Of a stretch of DNA of 64,000 nucleotides, positions 37,570 through 47,800 are shown one piece after another. Under the pieces are notes generated by a model. It was not told the origin of the DNA, made no database searches, and was given only the letters and a program-made list of their open reading frames with translations. The number at the start of each line of letters is the position of its first letter. The stretch's first letter is position 1. Made by a program: the position numbers and the translations under genes. Location of the stretch: the NCBI GenBank assembly GCA_043823195.1, contig JBDRAZ010000055.1:3780-67779 (forward strand), written 5' to 3'. This DNA is from an archaeon (GTDB lineage: Archaea; Nanobdellota; Nanobdellia; Woesearchaeales; JBDRAZ01).

Positions 37570-40179
37570 ATGTACGATATTATTATCGGCAGGAACAAGT
37601 CCGACATGGACAAATTCGGTGACAGGGGCACCGTCCTTATCGGCAAGCACTATATCAAGATGGGGCGGGAAACCTCCCTTTCGAACAAGGTATTCCTGGA
37701 TGTGGCGCGGGCGCACGTTGTCTTTGTGTGCGGGAAGCGCGGCGGGGGAAAATGCCTGCATGGCGATACGCTGATTACCTTGGATGACGGTTCGCTGGTG
37801 CCAATCAGGGACATTAAGGAAAGCAACAGGCACGTTATGGCCCTTAACAAGAATCTTAAGATGCAGCCTTCTGAGAAGCTGGACTTTTACAGGAGACCGG
37901 TTGGAAGGCTCCTCAACATTAAGCTGAGAAGCGGAAAAGAGATAAGGCTTACGCCGGAACACCCGCTGCTTACTGTCAAGGGATGGATGCCTGCTGACCG
38001 GCTCAATATAGGCTCAAGAATTGCAACCCCGAGAAGTGTGCCGGCATTTGGTGATGAGCATATAAGCGAAGCCGAGACAAAAATCCTGGCTTACCTGCTG
38101 GCAGCGGGGAATGTTTCGAACAATTTCTTGTCCTTTGCAAGCCGCGATGAAAAAATTGTCGGCGATTTTAGGAACTCAGTCAGATTGTTTGATGAAAACC
38201 TGAAAATACACAAACACCCCCCGGGGGCTTGTTTTAGGGTTGCAGAAAAGCGGAAGAGGATAGTCATTAAACAACCGCCACGGGATAGGCTGGGCAGATT
38301 TTCATCGGCCACGGCCATAAGCGGCACATCATCCCTGGATGTGTGGCTTGACAAAATTGGGATCTGCAAAAAGCCCGCACGACAAAAACATATCCCAGAC
38401 ATTATCTTCAAGCTTCCGAGAAACAAAATCAGTCTTTTCCTTAACCGGCTGTTTTCCTGCGGCGCATCAATCTGCCGGGAAGGCGGGTTGTTCTGGAAAA
38501 TTTCCTACTGCTCCAGTTCAGAAAAAATGGCAAGAGAGGTGTGCCACCTCCTCCTGAGGTTTGGCGTAGTCGGCAGGCTAAGGCGCGGAGAGACAGCAGA
38601 CCCGCCCCGCTACGAGATTGAGATCGAGGGGGAATTTGTGCACACATTCCTTTCTGAGATTGGTTTGTTTGGAGATAAGGAGGAAAAGGCGGGGGGGGCG
38701 CTTGCCGATGCGCTGAAGATTGTGAGGACCCCTAACCCCGATAACATACCCGGGGGGATATGGGACCTGTACAGACCAGACGGCCGGGCAGGGGTTGGGC
38801 GTAAGCTGCACTACTCGACCCCCAAGACCTACAGCGAGAGCGGGCATTGCAGCCCATCCAGGCAGGAACTGCTGCAGATTGCCAGAGCTGATGAGAATGA
38901 CCTGTTGGCAAGGTTTGCCGCATCAGACATATTCTGGGACGAGGTCGTGCATGTTGAGTTGACTGAAGGGGATTTTACAGTGTACGATATAACTGTTCCT
39001 GAGAACCACAACTTCGTTGCCAATGACATAATTGTCCATAACTCCTATACGATGGGCGTCATTGCAGAGGGCCTTGCTGACCTGCCAAAGGATGTCTCAG
39101 ACAACCTCAGCTTCATCATGCTTGACACCATGGGAATATACTGGACCATGAAGTACGCCAATAAAAAAGAGGAGGATCTCCTCAAGGACTGGGGACTCAA
39201 ACCCAAGGGGCTTGACGTCAAAATCTATACCCCCGCCGGATATTTCAAGAGATACAAGGAAGAGGGGATACCCACCGACTTTCCGTTCTCAATCAGGCCA
39301 TCTGAACTGGATTCATCTGACTGGTGCATCACGTTTGGTGTTTCGGCCAACGAGCCCATGGGGGTCCTTATCGAAAGGACGGTCAATGAGCTGAAAAAGA
39401 AAAAAACAGGGTTCTCTGTTGAAGAAATCATTGAGGCCGTACAGGCGGACAGTGATGCGGAAAAAGAAGTCAGAGATGCGGTTGTTAACCGGTTCAGGAA
39501 CACCGAAGCATGGGGGGTGTTTTCAAAAGAGGGAACGCCGCTCAAAGAGTTGGTGCAGAAGGGCCAGGTAACGGTGCTTGATGTTTCGTGCTATGCAACA
39601 GTCCCCAATGGATGGGATGTTAAATGCATGGTTGTCGGGATAATCTCAAAGAAGCTCTTCATTGAAAGGATGGTCGCAAGAAAGGACGAGGAATACCGGA
39701 GCATTCACGCGGCCACCAATTACTTCGGAGATGATTCAGCCAGTAAACAGGAAATGCCCCTCGTGTGGCTTGTTCTGGATGAGGCGCATGAGTTCCTGCC
39801 AAATAAGGGAAAGACCACTGCAACCGACCCCCTGGTAACAATACTCAGGGAGGGAAGGCAGCCCGGACTGTCACTTATCCTTGCCACGCAGCAACCCGGA
39901 AAGATACATACCGACGTCATGACACAGTCTGACACAGTAATCAGCCACAGGATAACTGCAAAAATCGACACTGATGCGCTCGGGATGCTGATGCAGAGCT
40001 ACATGAGGGAGGGCCTTGACAGGCAGCTTGACAACCTTCCAAGGGTCAAGGGCGCAGCCATTGTCTTCGACGACACCAATGAAAAGATGTATCCGATAAG
40101 GATAAGGCCCAGATTCACTTGGCACGGCGGGGAGTCGCCCGTTGCTGTTAAGGAGAAGAGCGGGCGGTTTATGCTTTAG
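37570..40179 (+). CDS. HerA/FtsK-like P-loop ATPase (DUF87-type) interrupted by an intein. The extein is about 439 aa.
   Basis: Extein Walker A 'VVFVCGKRGGGK|SYTMGV' is split by the intein. Walker B and the HerA-type helicase motif read 'LVWLVLDEAHEFLPNKGKTT…ILREGRQPGLSLILATQQPGKI'. Confidence 0.8.
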   Translation: MYDIIIGRNKSDMDKFGDRGTVLIGKHYIKMGRETSLSNKVFLDVARAHVVFVCGKRGGGKCLHGDTLITLDDGSLVPIRDIKESNRHVMALNKNLKMQPSEKLDFYRRPVGRLLNIKLRSGKEIRLTPEHPLLTVKGWMPADRLNIGSRIATPRSVPAFGDEHISEAETKILAYLLAAGNVSNNFLSFASRDEKIVGDFRNSVRLFDENLKIHKHPPGACFRVAEKRKRIVIKQPPRDRLGRFSSATAISGTSSLDVWLDKIGICKKPARQKHIPDIIFKLPRNKISLFLNRLFSCGASICREGGLFWKISYCSSSEKMAREVCHLLLRFGVVGRLRRGETADPPRYEIEIEGEFVHTFLSEIGLFGDKEEKAGGALADALKIVRTPNPDNIPGGIWDLYRPDGRAGVGRKLHYSTPKTYSESGHCSPSRQELLQIARADENDLLARFAASDIFWDEVVHVELTEGDFTVYDITVPENHNFVANDIIVHNSYTMGVIAEGLADLPKDVSDNLSFIMLDTMGIYWTMKYANKKEEDLLKDWGLKPKGLDVKIYTPAGYFKRYKEEGIPTDFPFSIRPSELDSSDWCITFGVSANEPMGVLIERTVNELKKKKTGFSVEEIIEAVQADSDAEKEVRDAVVNRFRNTEAWGVFSKEGTPLKELVQKGQVTVLDVSCYATVPNGWDVKCMVVGIISKKLFIERMVARKDEEYRSIHAATNYFGDDSASKQEMPLVWLVLDEAHEFLPNKGKTTATDPLVTILREGRQPGLSLILATQQPGKIHTDVMTQSDTVISHRITAKIDTDALGMLMQSYMREGLDRQLDNLPRVKGAAIVFDDTNEKMYPIRIRPRFTWHGGESPVAVKEKSGRFML
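37753..39042 (+). mobile_element. intein (430 aa) with LAGLIDADG homing-endonuclease domain, inserted in the P-loop
   Basis: Block A 'CLHGDTLITLDDG'. Block B 'RLTPEHPLLTV' (TxxH). LAGLIDADG-like 'ILAYLLAAGNVSN' and 'ISLFLNRLFSCGASI'. Blocks F/G 'DFTVYDITVPENHNFVANDIIVHN' are followed by the +1 Ser. Confidence 0.8.
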
Positions 40180-40220
40180 TTCTGCCTACCATATCGGATA
40201 GGGTTTTTATTTTTGAGACA

Positions 40221-40405
40221 TACCTACATTGTAAGTATTAATAAATTCCGAGTACCTACATTGTAAGTATGAACGGACAATAATACCTACAATGTAAGTA
40301 CAAAGGCCACCATATCCGCAAGATATTTATAGAAGTTCCTACATTGTAAGTAAAAACTCATTCTGTTCAGAAAAATTTATATATAGATACTTACATTGTA
40401 AGTAT
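40221..40405. promoter_or_regulatory. array of five 17-18-bp palindromic sites TAC(C/T)TACA(T/A)TGTAAGTA, putative TrmB-type operator cluster
   Basis: Copies start at 40221, 40253, 40284, 40337 and 40388 (spacings 32, 31, 53 and 51 bp) in an AT-rich intergenic region. The motif fits TACT-N8-(A/G)AGTA, like the haloarchaeal TrmB site TACT-N7-8-GAGTA. Confidence 0.55.
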
Positions 40406-40430
40406 TGCGCTGTGTTGGGGAACACACTGA

Positions 40431-40901
40431 CTAGGGGGTCAAAGGGGCCCCAAAATAGAGTACAGAGAGAAAAGAGGTGCAGGCGCTTCATCTAGTTCTC
40501 GGGCTGCTTCGCCTGAGTTTAATGCTGAACCCATTCCCTGCTCGATATTCTATGACAGGGGCGTTAGCGTCCTGGAGGCGATTTCTGAATATCTCAAGGA
40601 TGCCAAATCACTGAACTACCACCAGATAGCCGTTCTTCTGAACAGGGATGATCGGACCATATGGACCTGCTACTCAAGGGCCAAGAAGAAACGGGCCGGA
40701 ACCAGAACCAGGATATCCCAAGTCAGTGTCCCCAGCACCATATTGCGCGACAGGAACGTAAGCGTCCTGGAAGCGATTTCTGAATACCTCAAAGACTCGC
40801 TTGGGCTGTGCTATCATGAGATAGCTGTGCTTCTGAACAGGGATGATCGGACCATATGGACCTGCTACTCAAGGGCCAAGAAAAAGAGGGATGCCCAATG
40901 A
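40431..40901 (+). pseudogene. start-less 156-codon open frame encoding two copies of a sigma-70-region-4-like HTH module. Possible pseudogene or non-canonically initiated small regulator.
   Basis: The frame is open from the stop at 40428-40430 to the TGA at 40899-40901 with no ATG, GTG or TTG. It contains a ~135-bp imperfect direct repeat (40561-40690 and 40757-40895). Each copy encodes 'VSVLEAISEYLKD…YH(Q/E)IAVLLNRDDRTIWTCYSRAKKK'. The stop overlaps the ATG of the downstream protease gene (ATGA). Confidence 0.4.
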
Positions 40902-43900
40902 CAGCGTACGGCAGAAAGGTAAGGGAGCTGCAGAGACGCATCAGGGCGTGCGAGGAGAAGAAGAGAAACGTAATCGACTGCTGCAACGACCTTTCAAGGC
41001 AGTGCGAGCACAACAGGATATCCTACTCGAGATACAGGATTCTGCTGAAAGACCAGCTGGGCGGCAAAAGCATATCTGATACACTCGTGCACTATGACAG
41101 GGCAATCACCAGATATAGGGTTGCTGTGAGCCAGTACAAAAGCGATACTCCTGACCGGCTTAACATTGCGCTGGTCGTGATGCTTATCCTTTCTGCGGGC
41201 CTTTGGATTCCTGTACTCAATAATCTGCGGGCAAGCCCAACCGGATTTGTTGCCGGCGAGACAACAGAAAGCTACACTGATGCTATAAACATGAACCTCA
41301 GCGGCAGCTACAGCTGGATACCCCCCGAATCAGGGGAGCTACGCAGCGTCATGGTTTCCGGCCGGATCACCGGGAACGGAACCGTTGGCATATACCTCGT
41401 GAGCAGGAACAGCAGGCAGCTCATTTACCGGACCCCGGAAAGGGAGGGGATCGCGGCCATCACCGGGAATGTTGTGGACAACCAGACAGAGGACAACCGG
41501 ACAGGCAACAGCTCAGGGGCTGATCCAGCCAATGAAAGCGAAATCACGCCAGAAATTACGCTCAACCTAAAATATAAGGAGGGCACCCCATTTGATGCTG
41601 ATAATGACGGAGCGGAGACCCTTGAGGGAGTAATTGACTTCTATGCAGATTCCGCATTCAGCTGGGATGCCAACCTCAGCAATGTCTGCTCGGTCTGGAG
41701 GATTTCATCAGGGGGCACAGAGTCAACAATCTGCCATGGGGCCTGGCGCTGCTGCAACTTTGCCGAACTGCTGCCGGAAGAGGGCCATTCTTGGGACGAG
41801 ATGCACCTGTACTACGGCCTATTGGGTGCCGGCACAGAAAACAACGTCAGCTCCCGGGTGCTGTATGTTGACTACAGCCTCGATCCGGAAAACCCGTACT
41901 CTGTCATTGCATACAGCAACTGGTCCACACTGCCTGCAAGATTCTATGAGCCTGCTGACGAATGGCTGGATATTGAGGACGAATGCCTGGAGACCTGCCT
42001 CCTGGGGCTGGATGAATACAACTACACGATAGCTGTTGAAACAGAGAATGCCACCGTCTTCCTGAGCAACATTACATATTCTGTCGTTGAGAAGAATAAG
42101 AAGCCCCAGCTGGTCCGTGCGATACCCCAGGTTACGGCAGGTGCAAATTTCACGATCAATGCCTCTGATTACTTTACTGATGATGACACGCTGGTGTACG
42201 CTGTTGAGGGGTGTGACATTCCGCACACAATCACGGGCGGAATCATAAGGTTCAAACCGGACGCAACCGGCATATCCAAGTGCAGAATTCGCGCATCTGA
42301 TGACCAGGACAGCGTGCTGTCAAATGTTTTCAAGGTCACGGTGGTCAGGGTGGTTCCGCTGGTTGTTGACCAGGCCATAAACATAACGCTAGCGACACAG
42401 GAGACAGTCAGGGTGATTGTCAGGCTGATAGACAACACATCCGGCTCCAACCTGAGCCTTATCAGGAAAATCGATGAATTTGAGGTACTATACCTGAACA
42501 GCTCGGCACTGAACGAACTGCAGAATAACCTCTATGCGCTCGAGGTCATGATCGACCAGCCGCTATCGCTCCTCCTTAACGACAGCATCGGCATAATCGG
42601 AGCAGAGTCAGCATGGAACATCTCACTCAACGGCTCCGGGCAGCGGGTCTGCGTGATTGATTCGGGAGTGGACAATGGCGTAGTGCCGGTTGCCGGAGGC
42701 TACGATTTTGTTAACAATGACGCAGATCCGTATGATGACCACGGCCACGGGACTTCTGTTGCTTATGTAATACACAGGATAGCACCGGAATCAGGGATAA
42801 TTGCCGTGAAGGTCATTGATGAAAACGGCGCGGGATACGAATCAGATGTCCTTGCCGGCATTGAATACTGCAGGGAGCAGAACGTGAGCGTCATCAGCTT
42901 CTCAATCGGGTCCGGGGGCTACCCCGGCACATGCAATGACAACATTGTTGCCTCCTATGCAAATTCTGCTGCGGCCGCCGGAATTTTTGTATCGGCTGCA
43001 ACAGGAAATGACGGAACAGCCCTGCTCAAGTCTCCTGCCTGCGCAAGCCTTGTAACGGCTGTTGCCGCATCAACAAAGAACGACACACTTGCCAATTTCA
43101 GCAACGTAAATGCCCTGGTGAGGATAGTGGCGCCCGGTGACAGCATCACCACGATCCTTCCGGGAGGCGATGCCATAGTCAGGAGCGGAACATCCATGTC
43201 TGCCCCCCATGTTGCCGGGGCTGCGGCACTCCTGCTGCAGAATGATGATCTTGAGCCGGAGGAACTGGAGGAGAAGATTGCCATAAGCGGAAAGGTGATC
43301 GAGCATGATGGCAGGAACTATTCAAGGATTGACATAGGGCGCGCACTTAACATAACAGTCAATGTCACTGTAAATGAAACAAACATTACCTTTGCGGCAA
43401 ACGCAACAGTTGATCCGCGGGTTGAGGAATTTGTCAACAGAGTTGGCTTCGTGCGGGCGATTGTAAGGGTGTCTGACCCCAACATCAGCCTAAACTACAG
43501 CATAATTGTCAGGGTCAACCAGTATATCGCCCTGATCCTAGACAACGAGTCGCTAAGCGTGCTGAGGCACCTCCCCGGCGTTGAAGAGATTGTAATGGAC
43601 CAGCCGGTATTGCTCCTCCTTAACGAGAGTGTGCCGCTGATCAGGGCAGATATGAACCTGTCGGTTAACGGCTCGGGCCAGAGAATCTGCGTAATTGATA
43701 CTGGTGTCGATTACAGCGTGGTCCCAAATTATGAATACGGGTTTGATTTTGTCAACAATGACACAGACCCGTTTGATGAGCACGGCCACGGAACATCGGT
43801 TGCAAACGTAATCTATAATGTTGCACCGGGGGCGGGAATAGTTGCTGCAAGGGTCGTGAATGGCAGCGGGACCGGCTATGAGTCAGATGTTCTTCTGGGA

Positions 43901-44863
43901 ATTCAATACTGCAGGGAGCAAAACGTAAGCGTGATCAGCCTCTCAATCGGGTCAGGCGCCTATGATACCTGCTATTGTGACGACAACCCCGTCGCCAACC
44001 AGAGCAATGAGGCTGTACTGGATGGAATCTTTGTTGTCGCTGCCACAGGAAACTCCTACTCAACCAGGGCTAAGAGCCCCTCCTGCGCAAGCCGCGTTGC
44101 CTCGGTATCATCAACAGACAAGCGGGATAATGTCTCGCTGTTTGCAGACATCAATAACATAACAAAACTGCTTGCGCCCGGCGAGCAGATATACACGAAA
44201 ACGGTTGGCGGGAATAACACTACTGTTTCAGGCACTTCCATGTCTGCTGCGCATGTAGCGGGTGCAGCTGCGCTGATTTTGCAGAACAGCAGCCTTTCTC
44301 CTACAGAACTGAGCTACAGGCTGAGGTCCACTGGGCGGGTTGTGGAGTTCATTTTGCAGAATTACTCGAGAATCGATTTGCTGAATGCCATACTCAATAA
44401 CGTGACAAATACACCGAAGGAAATGGATGCTGTGCAGTGCTCCGAGAGCCTGTATAGTCCGCTGGCGCTGCTGACCGGGCCCGCGGTCACAATCCAGTGC
44501 TCAAGCTACGGCTGCCTCAGGATACAGAACAGCGGCGGCACGGATATTGCGGTCATCACTGAATACGGCCACATGAGCACCATAGGAGCCCTAACGCAGG
44601 GCTGCACAAGCAGCCCAAACGGCAATGACTGGCAGATTCAGGATTCAAGCAGCAATGTCAAGGCGTGGCTTGATGACAGCACCGGGGCTTTCTGCATTGA
44701 TGGCTCGCTAAGCACCGAAACCACAGTCAGCCCGAGCGGAAGCAATGATTTCATTGTGAGAAACCCCTCAAACGCGAATGTTGCCATGCTTGACGGCGGG
44801 ACAGGAAACCTTGTGCTCCTTGGGAATTACAGTCAGAACGCGGGACCAATAACAATAACATGA
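40898..44863 (+). CDS. membrane-anchored tandem subtilisin-like serine protease (two I9-propeptide + peptidase-S8 units), heavily N-glycosylation-sequon-rich
   Basis: Start 'MTAYGRKVRELQRR…'. About 95 cytoplasmic aa then the TM helix 'LNIALVVMLILSAGLWIPVL'. Catalytic triad of unit 1: 'VCVIDSGVD…HGHGTSVA…GTSMSAPHVAGAAALLLQ' (about 42640-43330). Unit 2: 'ICVIDTGVD…HGHGTSVA…GTSMSAAHVAGAAALILQ' (about 43680-44350). Each is preceded by an I9-like propeptide. Many NxS/T sequons. Confidence 0.85.
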   Translation: MTAYGRKVRELQRRIRACEEKKRNVIDCCNDLSRQCEHNRISYSRYRILLKDQLGGKSISDTLVHYDRAITRYRVAVSQYKSDTPDRLNIALVVMLILSAGLWIPVLNNLRASPTGFVAGETTESYTDAINMNLSGSYSWIPPESGELRSVMVSGRITGNGTVGIYLVSRNSRQLIYRTPEREGIAAITGNVVDNQTEDNRTGNSSGADPANESEITPEITLNLKYKEGTPFDADNDGAETLEGVIDFYADSAFSWDANLSNVCSVWRISSGGTESTICHGAWRCCNFAELLPEEGHSWDEMHLYYGLLGAGTENNVSSRVLYVDYSLDPENPYSVIAYSNWSTLPARFYEPADEWLDIEDECLETCLLGLDEYNYTIAVETENATVFLSNITYSVVEKNKKPQLVRAIPQVTAGANFTINASDYFTDDDTLVYAVEGCDIPHTITGGIIRFKPDATGISKCRIRASDDQDSVLSNVFKVTVVRVVPLVVDQAINITLATQETVRVIVRLIDNTSGSNLSLIRKIDEFEVLYLNSSALNELQNNLYALEVMIDQPLSLLLNDSIGIIGAESAWNISLNGSGQRVCVIDSGVDNGVVPVAGGYDFVNNDADPYDDHGHGTSVAYVIHRIAPESGIIAVKVIDENGAGYESDVLAGIEYCREQNVSVISFSIGSGGYPGTCNDNIVASYANSAAAAGIFVSAATGNDGTALLKSPACASLVTAVAASTKNDTLANFSNVNALVRIVAPGDSITTILPGGDAIVRSGTSMSAPHVAGAAALLLQNDDLEPEELEEKIAISGKVIEHDGRNYSRIDIGRALNITVNVTVNETNITFAANATVDPRVEEFVNRVGFVRAIVRVSDPNISLNYSIIVRVNQYIALILDNESLSVLRHLPGVEEIVMDQPVLLLLNESVPLIRADMNLSVNGSGQRICVIDTGVDYSVVPNYEYGFDFVNNDTDPFDEHGHGTSVANVIYNVAPGAGIVAARVVNGSGTGYESDVLLGIQYCREQNVSVISLSIGSGAYDTCYCDDNPVANQSNEAVLDGIFVVAATGNSYSTRAKSPSCASRVASVSSTDKRDNVSLFADINNITKLLAPGEQIYTKTVGGNNTTVSGTSMSAAHVAGAAALILQNSSLSPTELSYRLRSTGRVVEFILQNYSRIDLLNAILNNVTNTPKEMDAVQCSESLYSPLALLTGPAVTIQCSSYGCLRIQNSGGTDIAVITEYGHMSTIGALTQGCTSSPNGNDWQIQDSSSNVKAWLDDSTGAFCIDGSLSTETTVSPSGSNDFIVRNPSNANVAMLDGGTGNLVLLGNYSQNAGPITIT

Positions 44864-44876
44864 GAGAGGTGAAGAA

Positions 44877-47800
44877 ATGAACGTGCTAGGACATGAGAAG
44901 ATGAAGCGAATAGGTGCCCTGGCAGTCATCTTCATGCTTCACCTAGCGATAGCTCTGCCCTTTGTTGAGGCAGCAGACCCGGGCCATTCTGCGGCTGCGG
45001 TTGGCTCAGGAACATTCGAGTCCGGAGATTACGGGTTCCCGGGAAGCCTTAACATTACAGCAAGCCTCGGCGTCGGCTCAAGGTGGCCGGGCGGGACAGG
45101 AAACATAAATGCCAGCGGAAACATCTCGATAGGCGGACTGTTCTTTTCGCGGGGAGCCGGCAACAACTACTTTGCCGGGAACCTCGGCATAGGCACAGCT
45201 GCAGCCGCGTCCAAGCTTACCGTGATTGGCAACGGCAATATTACCGGGGGGCTGAATGTTACCGGAAGCATAAAGTCCATCTCAGGGATATTCTACGGAG
45301 ACGGATCAGGGCTGACAAACCTGCCGGCGGGATCTGTGCAGGATGTTTGGGTAAATGAATCAGGGGATACAATGACGGGGAACCTTATCATCAATGCCAA
45401 CCTGACCGTTGATTCGGGCGTGCTGTTTGTGGATAACTATGGCAACTATGTGGGAATCGGCACGACCAGGCCGGATGAGCTGTTTGAGCTGTCCAGCTCA
45501 AGTTTTAGCAACACCGACATGAAACTGACTGCAACTGCAAACGGCGCTGTGGGCGGCTCAAAAGTGGGCAATGTCATGTTTGAGGGGCAGGATACATCTG
45601 TTGGCACAGCTGTTTTGTCCCAGATCAGCGGCATATACGTCGAGGGCGCCTCAGGCGGGGACGGCTTTGCAATAGACGGCTCTTCCGGGGACGGCGGCGG
45701 CATTGCGTTCCTGACAAACAAGTACACCGGCTCATGGGACGGGCTGTCTGAAGCGATGAGGATCGACATGAACGGATATGTTGGAATAGGGACCGGCAGG
45801 CCGACACAGCTGCTGGATGTCCGCGGAAACATCTACACAACCGGCAACATTGCAGTGAACGGGGACCACATCACATCAGACGGAAACCTAGAGATCGAGG
45901 CAACCGGGTATGTAAGGATTGGCGATGACGGATCGCCGGGAAGCGCCAACGGGGATGATGACCTGTATGTGCGGGGAAGCATTGAGGCGGACGGAATCTT
46001 CTACGGAGACGGATCAGGGCTGACAAACCTGCCATCGGGTGCGGTGGCAGATGTGTGGGTGAATGAGTCAGGGGATACGATGACGGGGAACCTGGTATTC
46101 AGTTCGGCCAATCTGGACATGGGAGGGGGGATAATTAACCTGTCAGGAGGATACATATATGATTCAACCGGTGCGGCAACCGTGAACGATGACCTGAAGG
46201 TTAACGGCGGCGACATAACGGGTGCAAACTCAATAACAATGGATCTCGGAGAGGCAGACACCGATGCAGTTGTAATAACAACCGACAATGTTGGCGATTA
46301 TGATGATCCCGACCTGGTCATCAACTCAGGGGGGGAAGGGAACATCCGGCTTGGTGCAGCAGATGCGGATACCGGATTCCAGATTTATACTGACAGCGCC
46401 TCATTTCCGCATGCCCTGAAGGTAAGGGCTGAACTTAATCCGGATGCTGCAGACTATGAGATGTTTGTCGTAATGAGCTCGGGTGCTGCTGAAAGGTTTT
46501 CTGTCATTCATGGCGTAACAGGATACGGCAGCCAGTTCTATGACAGCCTGGCTGTCGGCGCAGCCGGGGACAACAGCCCAACCCTGACGCACATTGATTT
46601 TGGAACGGACAGCAGCGGAGACCTGTGGGTTGGCGATGATGCTGAGATCAATGGTGAAATGCACATTGACGGAACCGGAACAAGCACCATGGACGGAGAC
46701 TTGCAGGTTGCAGATGACAGCTGGATCGGGATCGGATCAGGTTCCGAGAGGGTTGTGTTTGATTCCGCAGGAGATATTGAGGTCCTGGGCGCAAACGTCG
46801 GGATCGGGACAACAGTGGCAAGTGCATATCTTCACATAGAGGACCTGTTATCATCAGGTGACTTGCTGGAGTTGACAACAGATAATAAGGATATTGACAT
46901 AAGAATAGGTGAGAACGATGACGGGGGATACGGATATTACTGGCGCTATGTGGGTACCCAGGGCGGGAATGATAATGAGCTGGAGCTGTGGACTGAAGGG
47001 CAGGCCGGCGCAGATGTCCAGGTGTATGAGATCGAACAGGACGGCCAGGTCAATTTCCTGCAGAATGTTGGCCTCGGAACAGACTCTCCTGCATACCGGC
47101 TGGATGTGGTTGATTCAATAAGGGCAGGAACCGGGTCGCCGGGAACGGCGGACATGAGCACAGGGGCCAATGCCGACCTATTTGTAACAGATGACCTGGA
47201 GGTTGACGGGATAATCTATGGGGACGGCTCTGGGCTGACTAACCTGCCGGCAGGAGCTGTTGCAGACATATGGATCAACGAGTCAGGAGATACGACAGGT
47301 GCGCTCACAAAGGACCTGAACATCGATGCAGGAACACTGGTTGTCGACTATGATGCGAATGCCGTCGGGATTGGAACAAGTGTTGCTACAGGTAAATTAA
47401 CAATTACGGGCCCGACCGCCAACACGGGTGTTGACTCCAACAGCGAGCTGGTTATTTATGGCGCACACCCGCAGATAAAATTAAGGGACACGGATGGTGT
47501 CGGCGAGAGTTGGTGGATCCATGCGAATGATGCCGGGCTTTATTTCCTGAAAAACGATGATGAAAGCTCAACGAGCACATGGGACAGCACCAGGCCATTT
47601 TTCATTGGGGAGTCAGGCAACGTCGGCATTGGGACTGCAGCCCCAAGTGCACTTCTGGATGTGCAGGGCGATGCTTATCTTACCGGAGACATCCTGATGA
47701 CTGACGGGAATTACATTGGAATATCGGGGAATGAGAGGATTGTGTTTGATGATGCCGGGGATATTGAGATCCTTGGGGCGAACGTCGGGATCGGGACGAC

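Noticed and set aside
40221-40405. Possible CRISPR array (regularly repeated short sequence with unique spacers)
   Set aside because: Repeat units are only 17-18 bp. They are perfect palindromes, with uneven spacing (31, 32, 51 and 53 bp) and no nearby cas genes. A palindromic operator array fits better.
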